Notes: a model not told the origin generated them from the sequence alone. A stretch of 64,000 nt of DNA from Squalus acanthias (GCA_030390025.1 JASTWF010000033.1:4528001-4592000); one strand, 5' to 3'; shown: positions 1 to 12,898, numbered from the stretch's first letter. Numbers and translations are program-made.

Positions 1-479
1 TAATATATATTGTGAATAGCTGGGGTCCTAAGACCGATCCCTGCGGCACCCCACTAGTCACTGCCTGCCACTCGGAAAAAAAACATTTATTCCAACTCTT
101 TGCTTTCTGTCTGCCAACCAGTTCTCGATCCAAGTCAATACCTTGCCCCCAAACCCATGTGCCTTAAATTTACACGCTAATCTCTTAAGCGGGACCTTAT
201 CAAAAGCCTTCAGAATGTCCAAAAACACAACATCCACTGGTTCTCCCTTATCCATTTTCCCAGTTACATCCTCAAAAAATTCCAGTAGATTAGTCAAGCA
301 CGATTTGCCTTTTGTAAATCCATGTTCACTTTGTCCGATTCTGTCACTGTTTTCCAAGTGCTCTGCTATTACATCTTTTATATTGGACTCTGGCATTTCC
401 CCCACTACGGATGTCAGGCATACTGGTCTATAATTCACCGTTTTCTCTCTACCACCTTTTTTGAATAGTGGGGTAACAC
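1..479 (-). mobile_element. CR1 LINE fragment (ORF2 RT region), runs off window start
   Basis: ORF 58..438 has NYRPVCLTS, HGFTKGKSCLTNLLEFFE, KAFDKVP; near-identical to other CR1 copies in the window. Confidence 0.93.
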
Positions 480-930
480 TACGAGTTGAACTATGGGGAA
501 GAAAGTCGGAAGGATTTGTATAAACGAGCTGACAGCGGTCACACCGCTTTGGGGAGACGGAAGAGGAGATTGATCAGTGACGCTGCCAAGGTGTTTAATA
601 CAGGGACGGCACTGGTCAATAGTATAGATGATACGCAGCTGCAAAGCCAGGTCAATACCTAAGGGATCAGATAAAGAGGGTACTGGGGGAGGAAAACAGA
701 GAAACGTGAGAGAGATCAGGGAAATGATCACCTTGGTGGGACATTGAGTTTAATATTGAAATTCCTTCCTGGATCTGAATTGCCTCATATATATTGATAA
801 TTGTGCAATTAATTATGGTGTTCTATCTGCTCAGGCTATCATCTAAAACGAAACGAAGGGTAAAAGGGGAAAAGCAGGAAAGACTGTAGAAAGGGGATTT
901 GGGATTTTAGAATCAAATGTATAGACTGTG
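480..930 (+). pseudogene. env remnant (furin site, putative fusion peptide, TM anchor) of an LTR retroelement related to the 44.9-57.2 kb element
   Basis: Manual translation from 480: YELNYGEESRKDLYKRADSGHTALGRRKR-RLISDAAKVFNTGTALVNSIDDTQLQ. From 731: PWWDIEFNIEIPSWI*IASYILIIVQLIMVFYLL, which aligns with PWWDIGLSIEIPPWIRICSHALVIIQLLLVSYLF at ~54300-54410. Confidence 0.82.
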
Positions 931-998
931 TAAAAAATCTGAGATTTGGCTGCGACCGACAATGCACCTTCCACGGCAGAAGAATGGACGGAAGTAAT

Positions 999-1758
999 TG
1001 GCCAGAAATTCGGCTCTCCGGCTTCCCGCGGGTGCAAGAATCGCTCACATACTTACCTACCGCGCCTGCAGTTGTGCTTCGGGCCCGCTTGGAATTCGGC
1101 TCCTGGGCCTCCTGCAGCTGCCGGCGCGCAGTGCTTGCGTATCCCAGCGTCGCAACTAGTTCCAAGCGTCCCCTGGGATCAAGTGGGCCATGGAGAGCCA
1201 ATCGGAGCAGGGAATCTTCAATCATAGATTTTGACAGGAAGACCTGTCAAATCTATGAATAGAGATCGGACCCAAAACCTCACTAAAACTTCAAATAAAT
1301 AAAAAAAAAATCACATTTTTAAAAAACTATAAATTACATAAATTAAATACATTAAATAAAAGTTTAAATTTTTTACAAATTTAATTACTCTTTTTAACGG
1401 TGTTAAAAATATACTTACCTTTCTTTAAAGTATGTAAAAAAGATAAACCTGTTGAAAAAATGTTTAAATTGCACTTAATTCACCAATTACCTTGTTAAAA
1501 GCAGTCATTTTGCCTCATTTTTCCCGCGCAGCTTCACCGTACTTACACTCACGGAGAAACCTGGAAAAAAAACGAAGTTTGCTGCGTGTGCACTGACTCT
1601 CCGGTGCACGCGTTCGACTTCTGAACCCCTTCCTTCAGGGGAACAGAATTTCCGTTTTCCAGCGCATGCGCAGCGCATGCGCGAAACCGGCACTTTCGTT
1701 GGGTCTACGGGTGAGTACCCAGCGTGTACTCACCCGTGGAGACCCGAGTTTCTGTCCC
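999..1758. mobile_element. ~760 bp MITE (PIF/Harbinger-like non-autonomous DNA transposon)
   Basis: Imperfect TIRs TGGCCAGAAATTCGGCTCTCC / rc GGGACAGAAACTCGGGTCTCC; flanked by AAT/ATT; internally homologous to 21628-22390. Confidence 0.8.
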
Positions 1759-1782
1759 ATTCACTCTAATATAAGAGATATT

Positions 1783-1794
1783 AAAGGGGGGAGA
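1783..1794 (+). promoter_or_regulatory. polypurine tract preceding LTR
   Basis: AAAGGGGGGAGA immediately followed by TG at 1795. Confidence 0.7.
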
Positions 1795-3248
1795 TGTAGG
1801 ATCCATTCCTCCACCCCACGGTAAAAATATTGCACTATGAAATATAAAAACCCTGAAGTGCACAGCCCGCAAAAAGATCTGGGCAATAAAGGGTTAATTC
1901 AAACATTGCAGCCGAAACTAAGAACCTTCAAGAGACTGGATCACAGACAATCTAGTATCTGAATGAGAACATCCGCATATTCATTTACCTTAAGGCGTTA
2001 CATTGTCCACCTTAGACCATGGCCCCCGAATAACGAGTTTCAGTGCAGGCCTAGAAAATGGGCCGGGCCTTGAACCTTTTGAATACGAATGCCAACAGAA
2101 ACCAACAACTACGCACATAGAAACATAGAAATATAGAAGATAGGAGCAGGAGTAGACCATTCGGACCCTCGAGCCTGTTCCGCCATTTAATGCGATCATG
2201 GCTGATCATCCAAATTCAGTACGCTGGCCCTGCTTTCTTCCCATAGCCCTTGATCGCTTTGGCCTTAAGACATATATCTAACTCCTTCTTGAATATATTT
2301 AATTAATTGGCCTCAACTGCGTTCTGTGGTAGAGAATTTCACAGCTTCACCACTCTCTGGGTGAAAAAATTCCTCTCATCTCAGTCCTAAATGGCTTACA
2401 CCTTATCCTTAGACTGTGACCCCTGGTTCTGGACTCCCCCACCATCGGGAACATCCTTCCTGCATCTAGTCTGTCTAGTTTGTTAGAATTTTATAAGTTT
2501 CAATGAGATCCCCTCTCATTCTTCTAAACTCTAGCGAATACAAGCCCAATCGACCCAATCTCTCTTCATACGTCATTCCTGCCATCCCAGGTATCAGTCT
2601 GGTGAATCTTCGCTGCACTCCCTCCCTACATGCAGTCACTTGGGGAAGATTGCTTTGTCAGAAAGATATCTCAAATCAATGGACGATACCAGGAACACTT
2701 CACACAATTTGATATGGTCATCGCATGCTCAGAGGGGGCCCGGAAATAATGAAGGTTGGTTTTGGTTTAAAATAAGATCACTTCGAAGATGATGGGTGGG
2801 AAGCCGACGGCAGAAGAGCGAACAGAAAGATTCAGGCCTACAATCAACTCCAAGAGACAGCCAATCTGGAGTGGTGATTGTATGTTTCAGTCAAATCATA
2901 GAGAGGGTTTTTATGATTGAGTCTGGGTAGGTTTGCGAGTTTCAGTCAGATCACAATAAGGGTTTTGTGATTGAGTCTGGGTACCTTTATATGTAACAGT
3001 CAATTCATGTACGGGTCATATTGTATCGATGCAAATGACCCTTGAGTAGGGGTGTGTATTTTGGGGTTGTCAGCCTGATATAAATCGTAGGGATTTATAC
3101 TGGGGTAGTAATTGTGTGTGTGTGTTAAATAAATGAACTAATCAAAGGTTGAGCCAAAACCCTGTGCCGTGTGTATTTTGTTCTTAGAAATCTTGACGTC
3201 CAAGAACTGTGTGTAACGGGGGACCGGTATTGGAGGAAACCACGTACA
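1795..3248 (+). mobile_element. 3' LTR of the env-bearing element (interrupted by CR1 2116-2625)
   Basis: Starts TG after a PPT and ends ...AAACCACGTACA (cf. AAACCGCTTACA of the other LTRs); AATAAA at 3128; ~945 bp after removing the CR1. Confidence 0.65.
2116..2625 (-). mobile_element. 5'-truncated CR1 3' end
   Basis: (CATAGAAA)n tail plus CR1 3' UTR and ORF2 C-terminus matching other copies. Confidence 0.92.
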
Positions 3249-5722
3249 CCTGGGATCTTCCTGCTCTGAGTGTTCTGCTCAGTACCACACCGGGTGAGAG
3301 AGGCCAGCTCACTCAGCACAGGTCAAGCATCGAGACTGGGATCTTCCTGCTCTGTACGTGGGGCTCAGTAGCACACCGGCTGAGAGAGGACAGCTCACTC
3401 AGCAGAGGCCGGGGATGGAGCCTGGGATCTTCTTGCTCTGGGTGTGGTGCTCAGTACCATACCCGGTTGAGAGCAGCTCACACAGCACAGGGCGGGGATG
3501 TAGCCTCGGATATTCCTGCTCTGTGTGTGGGGCTCAGTACCAAACCGGGTGAGAGAGGGCAGCTCACTCAGCACAGGTCAAGCATGGATTCTGGGATCTT
3601 CCGGTTCTGTGTGTGTGTGGTGCTCAGTACCACACCAGGTGGGAGAGGGCAGCTCACTGAGCACAGGCCAGCGATGAAGCCTGGGATCTTCCCGCTCTGT
3701 GTGTGGGGCTCAGTACCACACCGAATGAGAGAAGTCAGCTCATTCAGCACATGTCGAGCATTGAGTCTGCGACCTACCTGTCCATTGTGAGTGCCGTGCT
3801 CAGTTCCACACCGGGTGACAGAGAGCAGCTTACTGAGCAGAAGCCAGGGATGGAGCCTGGAATCTCCCTGCTCTGTGTCTGGGGCTCAGTACCACACCGG
3901 GTGAGAGAGGTCAGCTCAATTAGCACAGGCCGGGGATGGAGCCTGGGATCTTCCTGTTCTGTGTATTTCTCAGTACCACACCGGGTAAGAGAGGGCAGCT
4001 CACTCAGCACAGTTCGAGCATGGAGACTGGGATATCCTGTGCTCTGTGTGTGTTGGGCTCAGCACACAATGCATGAGAAAGGCAGCTCACTGTGTACAGG
4101 CCGGTCATGGAGCCTGGGATCTTCCTGCTCAATGTGTGTCTCAGTAACACACCAGGTGAAAGAGGGCCGCTCACTAAGCACAGGTCGAGCATGGAGACTG
4201 GGATCTTCCTGTCCTCTGTGTGTGGGGCTCAGTAGCACAAAGGGTGAGAGAGGGCCGCTCACTCAGCACAGGTCGAGCATGGAGACTGGGATCTTCCTGT
4301 CCTCTGTCTGTGGGGCTCAGTAGCACAACGGGTGAGAGAGGGCAGCTCACCGAGCACAGGTCGAGCAAGGAGACTGTGTTCTTCCTGTGTTCTGTGTGTG
4401 TGGTGCTCAGTACGACGCCGGCTAAGGAAGGGCAGCTCACCGAGCACAGACCAGGCATGTAGCCTGTGATCTTCCTGCTCTGTGTGTGGGGCTCAGTACC
4501 ACACCGGGTGAGAGAGGTCAGCTCACTTTGCACAGGCCGGGCATTGAGCCTGGGATCTTCCTTTCCTCTGTGGGTGTGGCTCAGTACCACACCTGGGTGA
4601 GAGCAGCTCACACAGCACAGGCTGATAATAGAGCATGGGATCTTCCTACTCTGTGTGTGGAGCTCAGTACCTCAGGTGGTGAGAGAGGGCAGCTCACTCA
4701 GCGCAGGCCGGAAATGGAACATGGAATCTTCCTGCTCTGTGTGTGTGATGCTCAGTACCACACGGGGTGAGAGATGGCAGCTCACTCAGCACATGTCGAA
4801 CAAGGCGACTGGGTTCTTCCTGTGCTCTGTGTATGTGGTGCTCAGTACCACACCGTTTGAGAGAGGGTTGCTCACCGAGCACAGGCCAGGCATGCAGCTT
4901 GGGATCTTCCTGCTCTGCGTGTGGAGCTGAGTACCATGCCGGGTGAGATAGGGCAGCTCAATTTGCAAGAGGCTAGGCATGGAGCCTGGGATCTTCCTTT
5001 CCTGTGTGTGTGTGGCTCAGTACTACACCTGGGTGAGAGCAGCTCAAACAGCACATGCCGATAATAGAGCATGGGTTCTTCCTACTCTGTGTGTGGAGCT
5101 CAGTACCTCAGGTGGTGAGAGAGGGCAGGTCTCTCAGCACAGGCCGGGTATGGAACCTGGAATCTTCCTCCTTTCTGTGTGTGGTGCTCAGTACCACACA
5201 GGGTGAGAGAGGGCAGGTCACTCAACACGGGCCAGGCATGGAGCCTGGGATCTTACTGCTCTGTGTGTGGGGCTCAGCACACAGTGGGTTAGAGAGGTCA
5301 GCTCACTGTGCACAGGCCGGGCATGGAGCCTGGGATCATCCTGCTCTGTGTGTGGGGCTCAGTACCACACCGGGTGAGAGAGGTCAGCTCACTGTGCACA
5401 GGCCGGGCATGGAGCCTGGGATCATCCTGCTCTGTGTGTGGTGCTCAGTACCACACCGGGTGAGAGAGGGCTGCTCACTCAGCACATGTCGAGCATGGAG
5501 ACTGGGATCTTCCTGTCTTCTGTGCGTGTGGTGCTCAGTACCACACTGGGTGAGAGAGGGCAGCTCACTCAGCAGAGGTCGAACAAGGAGATTGGGATCT
5601 TCCTGTGTTCTGTGTGTGTGGTGCTCAGTGCCACACTGGGTGAGAGAGGGCAACTCACACAGCGCAGTCCGGGGATGGAGTCTGGGATCTTCCTGCTCTG
5701 TGTGTGCGGCTCAGTTCCACAA
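3249..5722. repeat. ~86 bp minisatellite, ~29 diverged copies
   Basis: Unit CTGGGATCTTCCTGCTCTGTGTGTGGGGCTCAGTACCACACCGGGTGAGAGAGGGCAGCTCACTCAGCACAGGCCGGGGATGGAGC. Confidence 0.95.
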
Positions 5723-5729
5723 TCATTGA

Positions 5730-6850
5730 GAGAGATAATCATTGACTGGCACTTCTGTGGTGCGAATGTTACCTGCCACTTCCCAGCCCAAGCTTGAAAT
5801 TCGACCAGGTCTTGTTGCCTGCGGGCATGGATTGCTTCCATATCTAAGGAGTTGAGAATGGAACTGAACACAGCGCAGTAATCAGCGAACATCCCCACTT
5901 CTGACCTTATGATGTAGTGAAGGTCATTGATGAAGCAGCTGAAGATGGTTGGCCCTCGGACTTTGCCCTGAGGAACTCCTGCAGCGATGTCCTGGGCCTG
6001 AGATGATTGACCTCCATCAACCACAACCATCTTGCTTTGTACTAGTTATGACTCCAGCCAGTGGAGAGTTTCCCCCCTGATTCCCATTAACTTCAATTTT
6101 GCTAGGGCTCCTTGATGCCACACTCGGTCAAATTCTGTCACTCTCACCTCACCTCTGGAATTCAGCTCTTTCGTCTAAGTTTGGACCCGGGCTGTAATGG
6201 GGTCTGGAGCCGATTGGTCCTGGCAGAACCTGAACTGATCATTGGTGAGCAGCTTATTGCTGAGTAAGTGCCGCTTGATAGCACTGTCGATGACACCTTG
6301 CATCACTTTGCTGATGATTGAGAGTAGACTGATGGGGCGAAAATTGGTCGGATTGGATTTGTCCTGCTTTTTGTGGACATGACATATCTGGGCAGTTTTC
6401 CACATTGTCGGGTTGATGCCAGTGTTGTAGCTATACTGGAGCAGCTAGACTGGAGTCGCGGCTAGTTCTGGAGCACACTTCTTCAGCACGACAGCCGGGA
6501 TGTTGTCGGGGCCCATAGCCTTTGCTGTATCCAGTGCGCTCAGCCTTTTCTTGTTTTCACGAGGAGTGAATGGAATTGGCTGAAGACTGGCTTCTGTGAT
6601 GGTGAGACCTCAGGAGGAGGCCGATATGGATGCTCGACTTGGCACTTCTGGCTGAAGATGGTTGCAAACGTTTCAGTCTTGTCTTTTGTATTCATTGAGG
6701 ATGGGGATATTACTGGAGCCTCCTCCTCCCGTTAGTGGTTTAATGTTCCTCCACCATTCACGACTGGATGTGATAGGACTGCAGAGCTTTGATCTGATCC
6801 GTTGATTGTGGGATCGCATAGCCCTGTCTATAGCATGCTGCTTCCGCTGG
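5730..6850 (-). mobile_element. non-LTR retrotransposon RT fragment (CR1/L2 group, a family distinct from the main CR1s)
   Basis: HKKQDKSNPTNFRPISLLS, GVPQG..GPTIFSCFINDL, MFADY, KWQVTFAPQKCQ in ORFs 6175..6405 and 5569..6030. Confidence 0.88.
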
Positions 6851-8450
6851 TTAGCATGTTTGCTTCTCTATATCTTTCCCATTAGTTGCTGGTCTATAAA
6901 ATATACCTAGCAGTGTAATGGCACCTCTATTATTTCTTAACTCTAACCAAATATATTTTGTCCTTAACCCCTCCAGGACATCCTCTCTCTCCAGCACTGC
7001 CACATTCTCATTAATCAACACTGCCACACTACCTCCTTTCTTTCCTTCCCTTTCTTGCCTGAACACTTTCTCCCAAGGAATATTTAGTACCAAATCCTGC
7101 GCTTTTTTGAGCTATGTTTCCGTTATCACCACGACATCATATTCCCATGTGGCTATTTACGCCTGCAGCTCACCAACCTTATTAATCACACTTAATGCAT
7201 TTACCCACATGCACTGTAAACCTGTCTTGTATTCTCTTAGTCTGACCCAACATAGGACCTTATTATTTATTACTATTGTGCTATCCATCTCTCCCAATCC
7301 TTTGTGGACCTTGTTTCTGCTTTCTAATGCTACAGCCTGGTGCCCACCCACTGCCAAATTAGTTTAAACCTCCCCAACACTACGAGCAACCCACCCCCTC
7401 CCAGTCGAGGCCATTGGTTGCGGCCCTGTTGAGGTGCAAACTTTCCGGCCTGTACAGGCCCCACCTCCCCGAGAACCGGTCCCAATGTCCCAGGAATCTA
7501 AAGCCCTCCCTCCTGCACCGTCTCTCCAGCCACACATTCATCTGCTCTATCTTTCTATTTCTATACTCACCAGCACAGGCACCGGGAGTAATCCGAAGAT
7601 GACTACCTTTGAGGTCCTGATTTTAATCTCTTTCCTAGCTCCCTAAAATCTGCCTGCAGATCATCATCCCTCTTTCTACATATGTCATTGGTACCGATAT
7701 GGACCATGACCTCTGGCTGTTCAACCTCCCCTCTCAGAATGTTCTTCAGCCGCTCAGTGACATCCTTTACCCTGGCACCAAGGAGGCAACATACTATCCT
7801 GGTATCACGTCTGCATCCGCAGAAACGCTTGTCTATTCCCCTAACTATTGAATCCACTATCACTATTGCTTTCCTGATCTTTCTCCTCCCCCCGAGCCCC
7901 CCCCCCCCCTCCCCTCACACACCCTCAATGTACAGCTGAGCCACCCGTGGTGCTCTGGACTTGGCTCTGGCTGTACTTGCCAGATGAACCATGGCCCTCT
8001 CCAGTATTTAGAAATGAATACCGGTTAGAGAGTGAGATGCACTCAGGGGACACCTGCACTACCTGCCTGGTCCTCCTTGTCTGTCTGGCAGTCACCCATT
8101 CCCTCTCTGCCTGCACACGCTTAAGCTGCGGGGTGACGTAGCTCTCAGCCTCACGGTTCCACCGCAGTGACGCCAGTTGCTGCTCAAGCTCCGAAACCCG
8201 GAGTTCGAGCTCCTCCAGCTGACGACACCTCCTGCACATGTGGTTGTCCAGGACACGGGAAGTGTACTGGAGTTCCCACATGGCACCAGATGTGCATTCC
8301 ACGGGAATGAGGTGCCCTGCCATGTCTTTATTTAACAGACTATTACTAACTTAACAGAAATAAACTCAAGACTTTAAAAAATATATTTAGAATTCTCATC
8401 ATTAAACTGTTCAACTAATCTGTACAATCAGTTATTGTTAGCCTGGTAAC
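6851..8450 (-). mobile_element. CR1 5' part: ORF1 (Zn-finger/coiled coil plus SGNH esterase) and start of ORF2 APE endonuclease, degraded
   Basis: CRRCRQLEELELRVSELE (7925..8323); IVDSIVR..VHIGTND (7603..7863); WVNALSVINKV, GGSVAVLI, IFYRP (6851..7357). Confidence 0.88.
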
Positions 8451-8549
8451 GACCTCATGGTATCTGGCAAGTGAGATCCCATGCACTGTGAGTTTGTGGG
8501 AACATCAGATTACAGGGCTTTGGACCAGAGAGTTGCTGGGCGGGTCTGA

Positions 8550-8866
8550 CTACTAGTTTGAGGAGCTGTAATAGTTTGAGGTACTGTATTAATTTGAGGT
8601 GCTGTATTAGTTTGAGGGGTTGTATTAGTTTGAGGAGCTGTATTAGTTTGAGGTGCTGTATTAGTTTGAGGTGCTGTATTAGATTGAGGGGCTGTATTAG
8701 TTTGAGGTGCTGTATTACCTTGAGGTACTGTATTCGTTTGAGGTGCTGTATTAGTTTGAGGTACTGTTTTATTTGGAGGGGCTGTATTAGTTTGAGGTAT
8801 TGTTTTAGTTTGAGGAGCTGTATTAGTTTGAGGGGCTGTATTAGATCGAGGTACCGTATTAGTTTG
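8550..8866. repeat. 18-bp minisatellite (CTGTATTAGTTTGAGGNG)n, block 1
   Basis: Direct tandem repeats visible. Confidence 0.95.
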
Positions 8867-10948
8867 GTCATAGTGTCATAGAGTTATACAGCACAGAAAG
8901 AGGCCCCTCGGACCATCGTGTCCGCGCCGGCCATCAAGCCCTGTCTATTCTAATCCTATTTTCCAGCACTTGATCCGTAGCCTTGTATGCTATGGCGTTT
9001 GAATTGTTCATCTAAATGCTTCTTGACTGTTGTTCCTGCCTCTACCACCCTTTCAGGCAGTGAGTTCCAGATTCCAACCACCCCCTGGGTGATTTTTTTT
9101 CCCCCTCAAATTCCCTCTAAACCTCCTGCCCCTTAACTTGAAACTATGCCCCTGGTTATTGACCACTCTACTAAGGGGAAACGTTCCTTTCTATCTACCC
9201 TATCTATGCCCCTCATAATTTTGTACACCTCAATCAGGTCCCCCCTCAGCCTTCTCTGCTCTAAGGAAAACAACCCCAGCCTGTCCAGTCTCTCTTCATA
9301 GCTTAAGCGCTCCAGCCCAGGTAACATCCTGGTGAATCTCCTCTGCACCCTCTCCAATGCAATCACATAACTCCTATAGTGTGGCGATCAGAACTGCACA
9401 CATTATTCCAGCTGTGGCCTAACTTGCGTTTTGTACAGCTCCATCATAACTTCCCTGCTCTTGTATTCTATGCCTCAGCTAATGAAGACAAGTATCCCAT
9501 ATGACTTTTTAACCATCTTATCGACCTGTCCTGCTGCCTTCAGGGATCTATGTACATGCACACCAAGGTCCCTCTGATCCTCGGTCGTTCCTAGGGACCT
9601 ACCATTCATTGTGTACCCTTGCCTTGTTAGTCCTCCCAAAATGCATTACCTCACACTTTTCAGGGTTAAATTCCATTTGCCACTGTTCTGCCCATCTGAC
9701 CAACCCGTCTATACCGTCCTGTAGCCTGAGGCTTCCCTCCTCTTCTATTTACCACTCCACCAATTTTCGTTTCATCTGCGAACTTACTGATCATACCTCC
9801 TACATTCATATCTAAATCATTAATGTACACTACAAACAGCAAAGGACCCAGAACCGATCCCTGCGGTACACCACTGGACACAGGCTTCCAGTCATAAAAA
9901 CATCACCCTCTGCCTCCTGCCACGAAGCCAATTTTGGATCCAATGTGCCAAATTGCCCTGGATCCCATGGCTCTTACTTTCTTGACCAGTCTCCCATGCG
10001 GGACTTTGTCAAAAGCCTTACTGAAGTCCATGTAGACTACATCCACTGCACTACCCTCGTCCACACACGAAGTAAAACTCTCCAAAAATGCAATCAAATT
10101 GTTCAGACATGATCTCCCCCTGACAAAGCCATGCTGACTATCGCTGATTAATCTCGGCCTCTCCAAGTGGAGACTAATTCTGTCCCTCAGAAGTTTTTCC
10201 AATAATTTCTCTACCACTGATGTTAGGCTCACTGGCCTGTAATTCCCTGGTTTATCCCTACTACTCTTCTTGAACAATGGTACTACGTTAGCTGTTCTCC
10301 AGTCCTCTGGCACCTCCCCTGTGGCCAGAGAGGATCTGGAAATTTGTGTCAGAGCCCCTGCAATCTCCTCCCTTGCCTCACACAGCAGCCTGGGATACAT
10401 CCCGTCAGGGCCTGGGGAATTATCCACTTTTAAGCCCGCTAAAATCGCTAGTAGCTCCTCCCTCACAATACTAATTTGTTCAAGTATATCACACTCCCCC
10501 TGCCTGATTTCTATGCCTACATCGTCCTTCTCCTGAATGAACACAGATGCAAAATATTCATTTAAAACCTCACCTACATCTTCTGGCTCTACACACTCTG
10601 CCACTTTAGTCCCTAATGGGTCCTACTCTTTCCCTGGTTATCCTCTTGCCCTTAATATACTTATAAAACACCTTGGGAGTTTCCTTTATTCTGCCCGCCA
10701 GTGTTATTTCATGCCCCCTCTTCGCTCTTCTAATTTATTTTTTAAGTGCCCCCCTGCACTTTCTATACTCCTCTGGGGATCCACTGTTTTTGTCCTTTGT
10801 ATCTGCTAAAAGCCTCCCTTTTTTCCCTAATCCATTCTTGTATATCCCTTGAAATCCAGGGTTCCCTGAGTTTGTTGGTCCCACCCTTGATCTTTACGGG
10901 AACATGTTGGCGTTGTACTCTCTCCATTTCCTTTCTGAAAGACTCCCA
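8867..10948 (-). mobile_element. 5'-truncated CR1 inserted in the 18-bp minisatellite
   Basis: RT motifs in ORFs 9903..10604, 9666..9881 (FADE), 9133..9366; rc 3' tail ..CTCTATGACACTATGAC at 8867; satellite resumes at 10949. Confidence 0.93.
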
Positions 10949-11688
10949 ATTTGAGGGTCTGTATTAGTTTGAGGGGCTGTATTAGTTTGAGGGGCTGTAT
11001 TGGTTTGAGGTACTGTATTAGTTTGAGGGCCTGTATTAGTTTGAGGGGCTGTATTAGTTTGAGGGGCTGTATTGGTTTGAGGTACTGTATTAGTTTGAGG
11101 GGCTGTATTAGTTTGAGGGGCTGTATTAGTTTGAGGAGCTGTATTAGTTTGAGTGGCTGTATTAGTTTGAGGGGCTGTATTAGTTTGAGGGGCTGTATTA
11201 GTTTGAGGAGCTGTATTAGTTTGAGGTGCTGTATTAGTTTGAGGTGCTGTATTAGTTTGAGGAGCTGTATTAGTTTGAGGGGCTGTATTAGTTTGAGGTG
11301 CTGTATTAGTTTGAGGGGCTGTTTTAGTTTGAGGGGCTGTATTAGTTTGACGGGCTGTATTAATTTGAGGGGCTGTATTAGTTTGAGGAGCTGTATTAGT
11401 TTGAGGGGCTGTAATAGTTTGAGGGGCTGTATTAGTTTGAGGAGCTGTATTAGTTTGAGTGGCTGTATTAGTTTAAGGGGCTGTATTAGTTTGAGGAGCT
11501 GTATTAGTTTGAGGAGCTGTATTAGTTTGAGGTGATGTATTAGTTAGAGTTACTGTATTAGTTTGAGGGTCTGTATTAGTTTGAGGGGCTGTATTTGTTT
11601 GAGGGACTGTATTAGTTTGACGGGCTGTGTTAGTTTGAGGGGCTGTATTAGTTTGAGGTGCTTTATTATTTCATGGGGCTGTATTTAG
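10949..11688. repeat. 18-bp minisatellite block 2
   Basis: Direct tandem repeats. Confidence 0.95.
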
Positions 11689-11779
11689 TTCCGGTCTACA
11701 GCGCAGCGCTTGCTCACAGTCTGCTTTAGACCATGTTATATATTATATATTGTCCTAGGTGGGTGGGGGGTATATGGAT

Positions 11780-12020
11780 TTTTTTTTTAATACAGTGAGT
11801 TGTTATGATCTGGAATGTACTGCCTGAAAGGGCGGTGGAAGCAGATTCAATAGTAACTTTCAAAAGGGAATTGGATAAATACTTGAAGGGAAAACATTTT
11901 CAAAGCTATGGGGGAAAGAGCAGGGGAGTGGGATTAATTGGATCGCTCTTTCAAAGAGCCGGCACAGGCACAATGGGCCGAATGGCCTCCTTCAGTGCTG
12001 TATCATTCTATGATTCTATG
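11780..12020 (+). mobile_element. short CR1 3' end
   Basis: IWNVLPERAVEADSIVTFKRELDKYL plus (ATTCTATG)2 tail. Confidence 0.85.
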
Positions 12021-12318
12021 ATTAGTTTGAGCTGCAGTATTAATTTGAGGTGCTGTATTAGTTTGAGGTACTGTATTAGTTTGAGGTACTCTATTAGTTT
12101 GAGGAGCTGTATTAGTTTGAGGGGCAGTATTAGTTTGAGGGGCTGTATTAGTTTGAGGAGCTGTATTAGTTTGAAGTGCTGTATTAGTTTGAGGGTCTGT
12201 ATTAGTTTGAGGTGCTGCATTAGTTTGAGGGGCTGTATTAGTTTGAGGGTCTGTATTAGTTTGAGGAGCTGTATTAGTTTGAAGGTCTGTATTAGTTTGA
12301 GGAACTGTTTAGGTTGAG
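12021..12318. repeat. 18-bp minisatellite block 3
   Basis: Direct tandem repeats. Confidence 0.95.
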
Positions 12319-12831
12319 GATCCATCGACACAAATTCAATTGTTTTACTGAATGGCCACAGTTAAGGCGGAGAGCCCCATCCCAGAGTGTAGCAGATCAG
12401 CCCTGAGAGGACACTCTAACATTGGGAATTTAGTTACTGAATGGCCACAGCAGAGTGAAGGACATCACCAAAACAATATTAGGTCTCGAGATGGGCCTGG
12501 TGGTGTTTGCAACAACAACCCCATTGCTGGGAGAATACAGCTGGCAATTTTCATTATTTAATTCATGGGATGAGAATGCTCCGGTCTTTGGGGTTTTCAA
12601 TTTCAATTTCAGCACTAAATATATTCCATCACAACAGGGAATTAACTCGGCTGTCATCATCTGTTTGTTCCAATGTTTTTTTTAAACAGTATTTTCAGCG
12701 ATGTTGCAACCTCAATGCCCCCGTGGAGATCCCGCAGGGTATAAATGAAAGGCTCTGGGAATGTTCCGCCTCAGAGTTTAATTCAGAAAGATTGCCTGCA
12801 GCACGAAGGGACACATCGCTTCACACAGAAA

Positions 12832-12898
12832 ATGCGTGACACATATCACAGTGTGGAGAAAATATACTACATGATCATTGCCGTCATTGGTGTTCCTG
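12832..12898 (+). CDS. GPR139/GPR142-like class A GPCR, coding exon 1 (MRDTYHSVEKIYYMIIAVIGVP, first half of TM1)
   Basis: ATG at 12832; donor CCTG|GTAAGT at 12899; phase-1 join to exon 2 gives ...VIGVPVNLLAIVIL, restoring the TM1 GxxxN motif. Confidence 0.85.

Noticed and set aside
3209..5797. Many overlapping 60-224 aa ORFs
   Set aside because: Products of the 86-bp satellite
10951..11535. Cys-rich (CISLRG)n ORF, and similar ORFs at 8558 and 11805
   Set aside because: Artefact of an 18-bp tandem repeat
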